Positions 1-13,200 are shown, counted from the first letter of the stretch. The stretch is DNA of 64,000 nucleotides from Raillietiella orientalis (GCA_036172245.1 JAYWIR010000026.1:1178001-1242000); one strand, 5' to 3'. Numbers and translations: made by a program. Notes: a model not told the origin generated them from the letters alone.

Positions 1-3000
1 AGTTAGCAGAAAGTTTCGCTGGGTTATAATAATTGTTTCTGTAAGGAGATGGTAGTGGAGATTGTAAGAATTCAGTGTCATTTTAATGAGCGAAAAGAAG
101 ATCTGAGTGGAACATGGTATAAAGGGAATCTTTAAAATTATGGATTCGTTTAGGGAATAAGTTTGCTGGTCGTATGATTTATCTGAGTATTGGAAGATGT
201 CTTCAAGTAAGTAAATACTTTATTGTCTACAAGTTGATTTGATATTATTTGGTGTCTGATAGGCAGCATCCGGTGGCGCGGATGGTGACACCGAGCTAGG
301 CGACCTCAACGAACGAAAGCGAACGGTTTTACAGCATTCGTCGTACGCATACCCCCCCACCCCCAAGAATAGGCACAACTAGGGGGCAAACCCCCCGAGG
401 ATTAACGTCTTAGACTCCTTTCCCACCGTAAGAATTCCCGCGTTTTTCGGGAAGGGGGATCGTGCCCGAGCTGTGGAATTTCTCCACGGATCAGTGCAGC
501 AGATGGAACAGCGAATGGAGTGAATGCGTTTGGATGCTGGGTTACTACGCATTGATGGAACGAACGAGCAAAAGTCTTGACGCAGCTCTAAGAATTCTCA
601 GTAGAAAAAAACACGACGCGGTAGAGAGCAATGGGAAGAGTATGAAAAGACAAACGTTTATCAAGAGAAATAGCCGGGACGCACACCACCAGGCGCAAGT
701 GCGACATCTTGATTGCTTCTGGAAGAGAGCTCCCAAACGTCGATTACAAAGCACGGATCAGGAGTGCCGATGTGGGTCGGAAGATCACCACGCAACCAGG
801 GCAGCACCATGGGCGACAGATGATGGGTGTGCCATTTGTAGTGAGAACTCCCTGCATTTTCCGACAGGAGGGAAATCGGGTACCCAGTTCTTACATTTAG
901 AATTCCTAAGGTGTTCCTAGAGACAGCTGCACATCTTTAGATGCTGCGTCAAAGGACCTCTGCGGAGGCGTATGATTAACGCGACGCAGACTCTCTGAAA
1001 GACTTCGTCCTAATGCATACATCGCGAAGATGAGATCGCCGACTGTGTTTCTCAAGTGATTTTCCAGATCTTTTATTCCCTGAGCAGCTGAGTGTCTGCT
1101 TCCAATCTCTTTGTTTTCTTGGAAGTTCATTATTCCTGTGCAGGCAACTCGAGACAGTGGTGTGCAAATTTACGTCGTCATGCTCCGTTCCGTGGGAAAA
1201 TGGCGTTTCCTTGCAGTGTACTTCTTGCTGGTATCTGCATTTTATTTTGTCTTTCTCTTCATTTTCTTGTTGCATTTGTACAAATTTGCCTCAAGAAAGC
1301 GACCCACTTACCAATCGCTACCGTTGAATGAGTGTTTCGGCAAGGCAGCGTACAGTTCCATCTCACCGATGCAGGATCCTTGCGATGGAAACGCTACTCA
1401 GTAAGAGGGGAGTTATAGGTTTTGTCATTTCGTACACTCTACTGATTAATGAACCACCATCCGCCATGTTCTGTCCAACCGACTTCAATCCCATGGCATT
1501 CATTGAAATGTCGCTGAAGAGTTTTGCAGACTTCGCGTTCGAGAAGAGGCTGGAGGCTTTCTCGCTTCCGATGTTCATCGTTCCAGTCTAAGGACTCCAA
1601 TTTCTATCAAGTGGTTCAAGTCCATGAACGCCAGAAGAAGAGTACGATAGTAATTTGAAACCGTACTCGCGACTTTCACACAAACTGCAGGGATTTCAAC
1701 ATGCGTTTCGCAGCATCAGAATTGCAAGATGCTTTCCTCACGTTTATGGATCACAGCGGGAAAAACTTCCTTGCTGCCAGCCTCTGCTGTGACTTCAGAG
1801 TAGTCCAAGAGGAACAGAGGGAGAACGAGAAAATCGCTTTTTCCCTGCACGCTTGTTGATGGGCCGTCGAAAGCACTCGCCGTTGGGTTTGGATAAGACG
1901 GCGGCATAGGCGAAGAGATCGACGGAAAAAAGCGCCGTCTGCTGCTTGCCACGAAAAGAGATGCCTAGGCAACATGCAGGCTTCCTCTGGTTCCTTTCGT
2001 GTTCCCATCCCGCCGTGCCTGACCGCGGACGGGTGAGTTGACCTTCACTGCCTGTGAAGGTCGCCCACGTTGCGTGTGTACGGGCATTCCGGAGGTCAGG
2101 ATGGCGATGGCAGCAGCCGTGAGAGTGCATCCGTATCCAGGATACGCCAAGTGCTTCACCCGATTACGCAGAAGCGTTCTTTTGTCAAGGTGAACCAGTT
2201 GAGGCGCAGTTCCCGAGTGAAAAGAGCAAAAGCATTTAAAGAGGATTCTATATCTGACACGCAGATCGGGACATAGACAGTACCGAAAGGGGAGTGGGGA
2301 GGAAGGACTACAAAAACAAAATTACGAAATCCTAGGTAAATGGGGAAGGGTCCTCGCGTATGCTGCGTGTAAGCCGGGATGTATTTATACGATCCGGGGA
2401 AGTTCCGCAACGAAAGGGAGAGAGGAATGAGGAAAAACAGCAAGTGAAGGGAGGCAAGGGACAAGGTCCACGGATATCCGCAGTTCCTCATTCCTTCCGG
2501 AGCCGATGCCGGATGCCCGTGATCTCCCTCTTGACTCTCGCTTGGAGGCGAAGTCACCTTGCAGCCGTCCTACTATAGATAACGGCCCTTCTGGTGACCT
2601 CCCTTCGCGATCTCTTTCTCTCCATGACGTGACGATGAATGTCCTCGAAGGTGCTACCTCCGCGAGGAACCATCGCCGCAGATCGCGATCAGGGTGTCAA
2701 ACTGTTGAAGTCGCGTTGATCGGAAACAAGAACTTTCGGACGGTATAGGAGTTCAAAGGCAGGTGCGGGCGTGGACACCACCGACCTGCACCAAGAATTC
2801 CGATCTAGTATGCAATCTCTGCGGAAACGGAGCTGCGTGCTCCGGTTGCACTGGATTCCGCAGCGCAAGAAAAGCAGCACAGACTCCTTCAAGGAGATCA
2901 GGAACGCATAGGCGTCCAGGCATCGGGAAGAGACCACACGCTCCTAGAGGACAATCCTCTCCAGTGTACTCCTCCGAAGGATTCCCGTAGCCAGAGAACC

Positions 3001-3420
3001 CGTATTGCCATCCTCCACCGCCTACTGCCTCCTCCTGGTTACGCAACGCGGCCCTAAGAACTACGCATCATTATGAAGCGTAGTCTATCGAAGAGGCCCG
3101 CGCGGAAACGTGGGTCGCACTCGTCTTCCTCCACGGGTCCGCCCTCCGTCCATGATGATCAGTCCTCAGCAGAAAGATCCCAAAGCACCAAAATTACTCT
3201 TAGCACAACTCCGTTTCCATTCTTGCCAAACTGAGGGGTCGCACGCGCGTTACGATGCATGGTGGCACTTTGCAGCCGCTGGGCTCTCTCGTTTACGTTT
3301 GTTCCCACCGCGATTTGCACGGAGGGCCACCACAGGTGCAGAGCGAAATTCGGTTCGCGTTTGCGGAAAGGTCGCGGCGCGCAATTACACGTAGAAGCAA
3401 ATATCACAGTTTTCTTCCAG

Positions 3421-3666
3421 ACAGAATGTTGGGCCTACCAGGACCAAACGAATGACCTCAAGCGACCGCTTTCCGTTGAGAGAAGCCCATTTTCTGCCTC
3501 CACGCCTGGAAACATTTCGGTGTTCGACCGATTCATCATTCAAACCCTAACGGGAGGCTGCACCCTGAATGCGGCCGTTGGAGGCAATTTCAACACTGCT
3601 GTTCTAACCACTCCCAATTTCCCAGCCAACTTCCCTGCGAACACAGTATGCGTTCTGGAGCTTCAG
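3421..3666 (+). CDS. CUB-domain protein, coding exon A (first half of CUB1; true start unresolved, frame open back to ATG 3259)
   Basis: Acceptor tttcttccag at 3420 and donor cag|gtaaga at 3667. Translation ...GCTLNAAVGGNFNTAVLTTPNFPANFPANTVCVLELQ matches the CUB motif C..G.LTSPNFP.NYP.N..C. Confidence 0.8.
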
Positions 3667-3724
3667 GTAAGAGCTACCTTTCCAACTGAAAACTTGCTCA
3701 CCTCCTCCCTCAACTCAGCCTCAG

Positions 3725-3828
3725 AATCCATGGGTGTCTCCGGAGAATGTCTTCGGAGTTTTCTCAGCCACCTTCGCGCTCGGAGCGGGTGGTGTGCTCA
3801 CCCTTGAGGACACTCTGCGTGTGAGACA
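3725..3828 (+). CDS. CUB-domain protein, coding exon B
   Basis: In-frame acceptors at 3718 or 3724; NPWVSPENVFGVFSATFALGAGGVLTLEDTLRVR; phase-2 donor ca|gtgagg is compatible with the next exon. Confidence 0.65.
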
Positions 3829-3948
3829 GTGAGGTTCCCTCCACCGCCATTTCTTTCCTTGGATAGTTAGGGGATTCTCTTGGGAACTAGCATTTGAAAA
3901 GAATTGCTTTCTTTCGGAAGACGCAAAACGGATTTCCTTCTTTTCCAG

Positions 3949-4177
3949 AGTTCGAGACAGTGAGGATCTTCCGGGGTTCCCTAACATCGCACTCTTTCTG
4001 CCCGGGAGGATCACTTTCCAAGGGGTTGTGGCTGCTGCAGGTTTCCAGCTCACCCTGAGCACTGTGAGAAACGCTTACCAAGTCACGTCTGCCTGGAGAA
4101 CCCATCAGACCACCATCTCCGCAAGCATGGTGCAAAGTCTTCCGATTCCACAGCAGTTTCTCTCTCTACTGGTCAGG
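3949..4177 (+). CDS. CUB-domain protein, coding exon C (end of CUB1, start of CUB2)
   Basis: Acceptor ttccttcttttccag at 3948; VRDSEDLPGFPNIALFLPGRITFQGVVAAAGFQLTL (CUB-terminal GF motif); phase-0 donor agg|gtacgt at 4178 is in frame with exon D. Confidence 0.7.
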
Positions 4178-4282
4178 GTACGTTTCCCCTCCCTAGCGCG
4201 TCCCTCAGGCGCTGTTGCGTTGGAAACGCGCGTTTCGCGTGAGCACTGAACAAAACGCCACGCTCATATGCCATGGGAAACG

Positions 4283-5703
4283 TGGGTGAAAGGACACTTC
4301 GGTGCAGGGCATCCTCCATCGAAATCCCGAACTCCGAAATCTCCAAACTAAAGGTTTCAAAAGACTAGAAAAATAAACGCAGGTGCATGTCATATACGTT
4401 AATATGGGAAATTCCATACTTGTAAATATGTACAAAAATATATAATGTTAAGATGTTCAGTATACATCACGAAGATTAGTGTTGGTTCATTGGAGATCCG
4501 TAACATATATTGCTCCATTTATTTATCAAAATCAATATTACCTTATCCATTGAACGCATCTGTTTATTTTTCATATTCTTTGAAAAATCATATTCGAGCT
4601 TATATTCTCTTATGTCTTAATGCATGTTAATATGTATGGACTAGTGGGAAAGTTTATTTTACATACGTATTGAACTGTATCGATGTACAGATCATATACA
4701 GTAATGTTATTTCAACGTATACCTTCCTGAGTACTTCCAAGCATGCATGTTATGGATACAACTTACAATACAAGGCTAAGTATATGAACTGTTCGTTAGT
4801 TAACATATTTAAGATTCTAAAAATGAATGGGCATGCCTTTTGCATATTTTTATGCAACCGATTTCATGGTTGTTACATTTTCAAATGAAATTATTAGCAC
4901 TATTGTGATTCATAGGTGGATATACAAATGTTTCTTGCCATACGTATACACTTTTATAATGAGTGATTCACATTGAGAAACATTATTCACACTGTATTAA
5001 AGATTATAAAAGGTAGCGAAAATGAATATGTGTTTCTGCATATAACAAGGATACGTGATGAGAATATGCGATTATGGAATGCGTGTCCTTCTCCAGTGAT
5101 GGAACTTCCGGAAGTGGAATCCATTACTTCTAGAGGAGAATTCACCGAGTGCTCGAAATGGTAAGAAAAGGAAACACCGACCTTTCTTCTTTGCCTCTTT
5201 GAGTTTCCTCTTTTTTGCATTCCCTTCTATTTGCAACTGCCGCCATTACTTTACTTTCGTACAATCCCATATGTAAGTTCTCATTTCATAAACATCACCA
5301 CAGATGTAGTTGCATGTTCATGCGTATACTCAACACATGTGCTTATGTTTCAGAATCTTTCTTACATATGTTAAAAATACATTAATGCAAATCATTATTC
5401 ATTATATCGAAATTATGCATGTCGACAGGAAAGTGCGCTAAAGAGATTTTGAATTTACACGGATACATCAATGCTTCCATTGATATACATGAGAAGCACA
5501 CATTCTTTTTTATAGTCTTTGCAGCATACGATAATGCATATACCAAACTATATACGAGTGCATGCTTATTGCTACATGCAAGAAACACATGTCATCATTT
5601 TCGAGCTCCTGCAGGATTTCGATCCTTGGAGATTTCGCTGTTTGGGATTTAGGCCCGAATCTGTTGGAGGACCCTTCTTGTCCGTGGTATGGGTGCTCAC
5701 CCT
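4283..5703. mobile_element. Non-autonomous AT-rich element with degenerate terminal inverted repeats (MITE/foldback-like), intronic
   Basis: aaatcccgaactccgaaatctccaa (4322-4346) against the reverse complement of 5626-5650 (aaatcccaaacagcgaaatctccaa) is nearly identical. Weaker similarity extends both ways. The repeats enclose a sharply AT-rich non-coding core. Confidence 0.5.
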
Positions 5704-5937
5704 GCAAAAAGTAGGGGCTGAAGACGACTCACGAGCTTTGTGCTGTGAACGGTGCACGCAGTGTCGGCACTCGTGGGATCCGGGAACAAGACACGGTTCG
5801 ACCACGGTTTTCAATGCTAGCCACGTCCACCCGCGAGCAGATGGCGTTTGTGCGCATGTGCGAGCACGTTTGGTTGGCACGGGGTGCCGGTTCGGGTGAT
5901 CGAATCAGATTCCCTTCTGCATCTTGTCTTTCTGTAG

Positions 5938-6195
5938 CCGAGGAGGAACCACTGCTCCAGGGTACACGCCACCGTGACCAATTTGGATCTTCGTACCGGA
6001 GAAAAGCTTTCAGTTGGGAGAAATGGACAGAATCTTCCACCCATGGATATTTTAACTGTAGTGGGCCCATCCACTTCGAGCTTCAGCGTGACCTCAAACC
6101 GGAATCGAGCACTCGACCTTTTCTACTACACCGATAGCAATGCACAAGGAGTGGCTGGTGGATTCACTGTGTTGTATTACTGTTCCATCTACTGA
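5938..6195 (+). CDS. CUB-domain protein, terminal coding exon D (second half of CUB2)
   Basis: Acceptor cttgtctttctgtag at 5937; PRRNHCSRVHATVTNLDLRTGEKLSVG...VTSNRNRALDLFYYTDSNAQGVAGGFTVLYYCSIY*, with the typical CUB F.TD....GF..Y ending; AATAAA downstream. Confidence 0.8.
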   Translation, partial: PRRNHCSRVHATVTNLDLRTGEKLSVGRNGQNLPPMDILTVVGPSTSSFSVTSNRNRALDLFYYTDSNAQGVAGGFTVLYYCSIY

Positions 6196-6327
6196 AGCTC
6201 TCAATAGTGAGCTCACGCGTTAAGAGCTGGAAACCACATTTAGGAATTTCTTGGTGTTGCATCTTCGGTGCTGATAATTGTAGCACCGGCGCATTACTTG
6301 TGAGTCCTTTGATTTTCCTGCTTTATA

Positions 6328-6333
6328 AATAAA
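6328..6333 (+). promoter_or_regulatory. Candidate polyadenylation signal of the CUB gene
   Basis: AATAAA about 130 nt after the stop codon at 6195. Confidence 0.5.
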
Positions 6334-7218
6334 AGGAAAGGAAGTTTCGTCTTATTCGATGCTACCCCTTCCTCCTTGGAGCAGTTGGCATTCTTTTCGA
6401 TCGTTCTATTGCTGTGATTCACAGCCCAGCATCCTTGGAACGCCACCACTCGACCCTGCAATTCTCCTTGCGACGATTAAAGGGGTAGGCAACCGGGCAA
6501 AGCACTATCTTTTCTACAAAATGCCCGGTCTTCTATTCGCGCTTTGAACGCTTGCAGTGGCATCTAGCTCCATCGCGGTGCTCACGAAGGAGCACCCTAC
6601 TAGGATACTCTGAATGTCGGCTCCGTGTTGTCATTCCAGATTCTCCCACGCTTCTGACTGCTATCGATCCACTGAGCTTTCTGCTAGAATATCTTAACAG
6701 GGTAATGTTCGATAAATTGTTGATTGGCAGCCGGGAATCGATTCCACTGCACTTTTCTGGGGGGAGGCATTTGTAAAGCAACGCTGACCTGTCCTTACCC
6801 TTCGACTACCTTTACCATAGCTGAATTCGGTTGCCATGTCACCAAACGCAGAACTCTAATGATGGACGATCCTGGTGTCTCGGAAATGCCACCGGCGGAA
6901 AAGTGCAATACTCAATATTCTGTAAGGCCCAAAGAATCCATATGGATGGTGCAAACTCTCATCACTTCTTTGGGATCCGACGGGTAAAAGCAGGAATCAC
7001 TGGAGAACATCATAGGAAAGATGGAAAGGATTTCTTCCAAATTCCCACAGATCAAAGGTCCTAATGACGAAATGTCGAAAGATCATTGAAAAGAAATATG
7101 CGTTTCTATTATAAATGAAAATATGTATTTATATATAGATTGACAGAGCATATCGAGGTGCTCATGAATATGATTATTGTGTTCATTAATATGTTTGTAT
7201 ATCAAGCTTTTCGTTTCG

Positions 7219-7710
7219 AACGGTGGTCGTAGGCAGCATTCACACAACGATCCGTATCGACGAACGCCGTTTATTGACGGCATCCATGCAACGTTCCATC
7301 CCTACAAGACACCGGCTATTAGCGGCATCCACGCAACTTCTCATCGCTATGGACATCAGCTATCATCGGCATATACGCAACGTTTCCTCGCTACTGCACA
7401 CCGGCTATTGGCGGCAGCCACGCAACGTTCCGTCGCTGCTGCACACCGGCTATTGGCGGCATCCACGCAACTTTTCATCGCTATGGACACCAGCTATCAT
7501 CGGCATCTACGCAACGTTTCGTCGCTACTGCACACCGGCTATTGGCGGTATCCACGCAACGTTCCGTCGCTGCTGCACACCGGCTATTGGCGGTATCCAC
7601 GCAACGTTCCGTCGCTGCTGCACACCGGGTATTGGCGGCAGCCACGCAACGCTCCGTCGCTACGAACAAAGGCTTTTGGCGGCACCCACGCAACGTTCCG
7701 TCGCTGCTAA
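7219..7710. repeat. 45-bp minisatellite, about 10-11 copies
   Basis: Consensus cacaccggctattggcggtatccacgcaacgttccgtcgctgctg repeated head-to-tail, with degenerate outer copies and two 44-bp variants. Confidence 0.92.
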
Positions 7711-9915
7711 CGAGCGTTTCGATTGAAGTCTGTAATTTTACTTAGGCAGGTAATCATTGAAGCGATTCTTCCCTTCGGGTGGGAATGCATCTGGTGTGAA
7801 ATCATTCATTCATTGCGACTATAAATGGTGCCTGTTGAGAACTGTTTTCGTGACTCGTGCTCTCGTGACAGCACAGCTACCGAATACGAGGATATCAGAA
7901 TATATTGCATGGTTTGACCCTGTCACCATTATGTCGGTACATATGGAGTAAAGCACGCGATACAGCCACTCGGAAAAACCACACTTGGGCAGCTGTTGCA
8001 TCAGCGTGAATTTGTACCGTACGGTGCACGTTTCTTTCGCATACAACTCTCGCGAACGTGACCGCTTGGAATAGGTCGGATAAGTTGATACAGCCCTCTA
8101 TAGCTTCCATAGATGCCTCACTACGCCGCCACACGGTGCAGGCCCTTGCAGCGGTTACCTCATCGCGCGAGATGACTCCCATGAGTGCACTCGCGGCCGC
8201 CGGCTGATTGTCAAAGGGGCATGCAATCTTGGACGCGAGCGATCCTTTCAGATGCACACCTGGAGGCTGGAGCCATCCCAGAGTCATCTCTCGGGCGGAA
8301 TAGAAGCCCATAGCGCATCCAAGTTGGCGTGGATTCGCCACTTGTGCGGCACAGGGAAAGAAAAATACCTCGCGCAGCACGTGATAGTCATTTATTAAGA
8401 AGCAAACATGAGAAAGCATTTTTTTCTTGTTTTTACAACACTCCATCTTCAGGATGGATGCTTAGGATAAATCGCTGCATTGTATTCACGATGTTGGAGC
8501 AACAGCAAACTATTTTTGATTTCGGGTACTTCTCAACCTTGGGACCGGAAGCTGTCGAAGCTAAGATGAAAAAAAAAGAGTTTCGAGAGAAGATTTCTCC
8601 AGTTGACCAGGATGAGGAGCACTGCTGCGGAGATCCTACATGTACACCTGTGAATGCAGATTGAAATGGTCAGTTTGAATATGCCCTGTGGACGTGAATA
8701 CGAAGTCTTCCAAATCTACAAGAGAGATACATGTGGCAGTGAACCTGAAGCATGTGTTCCGAAGTAGCAGCGCGTCAGTTCGGAGATGTGTCCTTATTAA
8801 GGTCGTTTTCGAGCAACGAAGACGCCTTTTTCTTGCTGGGGTGGGGAGAGGCAGTGAAGGTTGGCACATTTGGGGTCCACCATTTTGGCTTCCGGGAAAA
8901 CGCGAACGGTGGAAGCAGACAGGATTTCCTACTATAAGTTCTCCTGAAGAGGCCACATCGAATTCACTACTCGTTAGGAATTTTGAAGGTAGGAGAAGAC
9001 GTTAGCAAACTGCAGGATTCCTCTACAGGGACAGAATGGGAAACTCTGAAGTGCGCAGATAACTCAAATCTTCCGAAAAATGTCAGAGGATTCGCAGGAG
9101 AAGATCGCCCGCAGGGATCATAGAGGGATGAAAAAATCTCTCATGGGGAGCATGCATGCGAAAGTGGACCAACCACGGCGGAGATTCCTGCAGTACTTGC
9201 AGCGTACGAGGGCAAGAAGCTTGCTTAAGGGGACTTTTGAGACCTAAGCGTTCAAGATCACCCGTGGAAAGTCCACGTGGGGTAGACGCCCACGCTTAAG
9301 AAAGCCGCCTGCAGCGTGTGCGCGACTTAAGTTGGAGCGACATCCCTACTCATGAAAGATGCCCAAAGGGAAGGTTCTCCGATGGACAGATTCTGGGTGC
9401 TTTCCATTCAACAAACGCCAACGAGGCGCGCTTTTCAGAGCAGATTTTGCCAAAAGCCGAATGGCATCCCTCAATTCCAAGAAGGATATAATACTCTCCG
9501 TGTCCTAAAGGTGGCATTTGGTATCCCCTGAAGAAATGTTGAAGAGGAGCTGAAGCGGAGAGGTACTGCGGAGCTTTCCGTTCAAACCGAAGCACTGAAG
9601 GCGCTTCTAAACGGCAGTTCCATTGGCTGCGAGGAAAAGAGCAAAAGGTTCGCCGCTTGAGTATTGCACGAACTGATCAAAGTGTGGTTACTGCAATGTC
9701 TGCTGACCCACAGATCAAGTTTCCATGCTCCTAGTCACCAACGGCTGCAGTGCTCCTAGCAATCAGTGGGTCGGTAGTAACGCCGTGCAAGTTCACCTCG
9801 AGACGAGCACAAAAACAGCAAATCTGAATGAAGCGTTTGTCCGGCCGAACATTTTTTGATGAAACGATGATGAAGACTGAACACAGCAATCTGATTCGCC
9901 TCCCCGGTCACGAAC

Positions 9916-10200
9916 GAAACCCCGAACGGCCCAAATCTCGAGTGTCGAAATCTCGGATGATCACAAAAAATAAGCATTACGTGTATTCTATGGTTCGCTG
10001 TGTGTAATTAAGATTACGAAAACAATGTGAGTGCTCCTATATCTATATTTATGTACAGTTGAAGCCAGGGAATCATTTCAACATGCATTTCACTATTATT
10101 TATTTACATGGTTTATTAGTTGTTCATATAGATCGTTAGTTCATAACATAGGTGATAAAAAATAAGCAGATTTGCTTATTTTTTCATACGCAGTCAAAAG
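9916..10200. mobile_element. Truncated copy (one end) of the AT-rich TIR element family
   Basis: aaaccccgaacggcccaaatctcgagtgtcgaaatc...aaaaataagcattacgtgt resembles the terminal repeats at 4322 and 5650 and is followed by an AT-rich tract. Confidence 0.4.
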
Positions 10201-13200
10201 AAATTGAATGGAACATACAGGAAATGTGCCTTCCTCCCACTCCCACTTTTGTTTTGTCTCTTTTACTATACTTCCAGATGAGATATGGATGCATCCGATG
10301 AGAACCCTCAACCGCTCTTGCATCACCGACTCCGTCTTTCAGCATCCGAAGCTCTCTTTCAAGCTCAATTGGTGCCAGAAATCCCCGTGCCAGTTATGGA
10401 GTGTAGCCAACAGACCTTTGAAATCCACGTGGATATTTCGTAGCTCTTTTTTCTGCAATGTAGAAAAGCACCCATAGCCGATTGGCCAACCATTCAATGA
10501 CTACTTGATGACTGCTGCTCCGATTTCACATCACGCCATTCGGTATTCTGGCCGCAATACAGCGCTGCGTCTTTAGAAATTCGTTACTGATGATGAATTC
10601 AAAAGGCTTGTTAAAGGATCGAAAAGTACCAATATCACTATATTTGTACTTTGAGGATGCTGAAAGAGAAGGAGAAGGCGAACAGTATAGTTTTTGTTGT
10701 ACTTTTTCGGCGTGCACAGTCACAGTCACACTTAATGTGCGCTCCGCGTTCTTCACAGTAGGATTCGGATGCAGTCCTTTGGGAAACCCACCTTTGCTTC
10801 CATCCCTGCTGCGCAACCAGAACTGACAACAAGATGAACGATGATGATTTCACACAAAGTGAAGTTCCTCAGCATCACGCATGGGTTGTTTGAACTGATG
10901 GGCGATGCGGTCTTTACCAACAGCACGCATGCACTTTGAAATCCACAGGAGTGAAGAAAATGTATTTTTTCTAAGAAGCATCCCACGTCGTGAGCAAATT
11001 ACTATTTCCGGTACAGCCATCGTGGTGAATGCAAGCAGACTGAATTTTTCGAGGTGTTCGCGTTCCTTCGCACATCCTCAAACTCCAAGGATTCTATGCA
11101 ACGCTCTATGAGAACCCATTTCCAATGGCACCTCTTCGTTTGTGCATCCAGGAAATTGCAAATTCCTTTCGCATTCTGGGAAAGGAGCTTTGGAATCGTA
11201 GGGAGGTTGTTTCCGATTGCAGGATGCTATTTGGAAATTTTGCTCCTCCTGCCTTCACAAATAAACTGACGAGTTATGCACGTTGCTATGTACATCCAAT
11301 GAAAGATTAGTGACGTCAATCGGCATCAGTCAGGTACAAAGGTTTTTCATTGAGTACCACGTTGCAATGCAATCGTTTTTCGCTACTATCAGGAATACAC
11401 TTACACTCTTTGGATGTTAATTCTTTGCCCGGAGCAATATTCCATGTGGTAAAAATCCATTCAGCATGATAAAATAGATGGTGAAGGATGGAAGGTGGAC
11501 TGAGTGCGCAGTTCGCTCGCGATTTGAAATTCAGATACGAAAATGCATCTTCAAAGATACGTCACGTCTCCACCTGCAGCCCGTGGTTACGTAGCACCTA
11601 TCGACATATTGGATACCTACTATGTGCCGTCGTGAAGTCCCTCAAACTCTTCCTTGCGAAATATGGCATGCAAAAAAAAGAAAAATTATCGCACGTTAAG
11701 AAGAGGATGCCGATCATGGGTAACGCGCAGATTGAGCCGTATACTATGTACAGCCATCGAGCTGTCCGCAGCGTGTACTCCGATATAGAAGCTGCATCTT
11801 CGTGTCCGATAACAGGGTGGTCTCCTGGATTCCGGCAGACATACCAAGCTTTTCCATGCAGTCGAAAACAGCATACGTTTGAACACAAAAACAAATCAAA
11901 ACAGAAGGAGACCAACGTTTTCAACAACCAGCTGCACGCTAATCTATTTTTGTATTGTGCATGCATACAGAAGATGCACAACATTCTGTGTTTGCGTACA
12001 ACGAGGTGGCCAGCTTGTCTGATCAATAGAAGCCTTTCCCCGGTCTTCTTCCCAGAATTCCTGTTTTGCTGTCACCACTTGGCTTTTGGGCTGGTCAGCG
12101 TTAGTCTCTTCTCATGGGGGTCACTGCAACCAGCAAATGCTTTCTTAGATAAAGGCTACCGCCGCAATCCTCTTGTAGCGTGCGGACGTCAAGTCCTTTC
12201 ATTTTCCCTTTTGTAGAACCACTTTGTTTCCCTCTGTACACCTGGGATCTGGATGTGTTCTGTTTCCTGGTTTCAGTCGTCCCAGCGGTCATTGATTTTT
12301 GGATGCAACTCTCGTTGTACGGAACAGCTTCGATCGCGCCTAAATTTAACTGTGGGTTTTTTTCATTTTCGTTCTTTTGGTTCCTTAGATGGCTCAGAGT
12401 CTGCCAGAATGGGAAAACCGTGCAAAAGCACGATCCGTGTGTTGTAGCAAACTTTCTGTTTTCGGTACGCAACACAAGAAGTATCTGGAAATGCTCTCAT
12501 ATGGGAAGGACTGAGGGTCTAATCTAAAGACAGATGAAACTGCGCTGTCCTTCCTTTAGAGAATTAATGAAAAACCATTTCATTTACTGTCCTTTTGAGG
12601 TCAGCTCAATGCATGGATTTCACCTTAGGATGATTCTTTCACCTGCGCGTAGTAAAAGATGCTCAAATGGCTTGCTGATCAAATTTTTCACAGTCAGCTG
12701 AGAGGTAAGGAAGAGCAGAGTCAGTGTTGGTCATGAAAAGCATCGATCTGTTGTACTTGTCTCTCATCGTTGGTCATCTTTACTTGAGCTATCAAGATTC
12801 CTCCCGCGGCTTGTCTTGCCAGTAGTTTGTTTCTTCGTCTCCGTGTCTCAAGCACACAAATTGCAAATGTCTGCATGTAATCCAACAGGGAGGCTGCCAG
12901 TGCAAGCACGTAGTGGAAGATGCCTGCCAAATCTGCTTTCTCTCCTTTTTTCGCATCCTTTTACAGCCACAGTCACTGCTATTGATTTATGTTTGTCAAA
13001 CAACAAATGGAATCACATTCTTGTTGATGATGCTGAATGCTGCTTTTCCTACCAACAGGAAGACTTCTTGAGGGCAAGTAGGTCTTTCCATTTTGATGCA
13101 CAACTGAAAATCAACCACTGGAGAGGTGGTGCATATGCTTTTTAGGTTAAATCACCTGGAAACAACTCAGGCCGAATCCACGGTGGAAACAGTTCTCCTT

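Noticed and set aside
1..300. Penelope-like fragment (ILKIPFIP, minus strand), and a hammerhead- or tRNA-like head at 255-300
   Set aside because: A single weak motif; ctgatag does not match the CUGANGA core, and no B-box or cloverleaf is present.
2790..2990. Possible second MYND-finger relic (VCNLCGNGAACSGC)
   Set aside because: Only the Cys spacing is suggestive; downstream SET motifs were not found.
3823..3965. 12-bp direct repeat gagacagtgagg at both ends of a CUB intron (3823-3834, 3954-3965) as evidence of intron gain by insertion
   Set aside because: Removing the 131 bp between the copies gives a frameshift and immediate stop, so it does not reconstruct a coding ancestor; probably chance or a local duplication.
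7219..7710. CRISPR array, or the repeat-protein ORFs 7177-7710 and 7223-7726
   Set aside because: Units are contiguous with no unique spacers, there are no cas genes and the context is eukaryotic. The ORFs are by-products of the stop-poor repeat.
11488..12216. 242-aa ORF on the plus strand
   Set aside because: No recognisable domain; it crosses A-rich low-complexity tracts and looks like a chance ORF.
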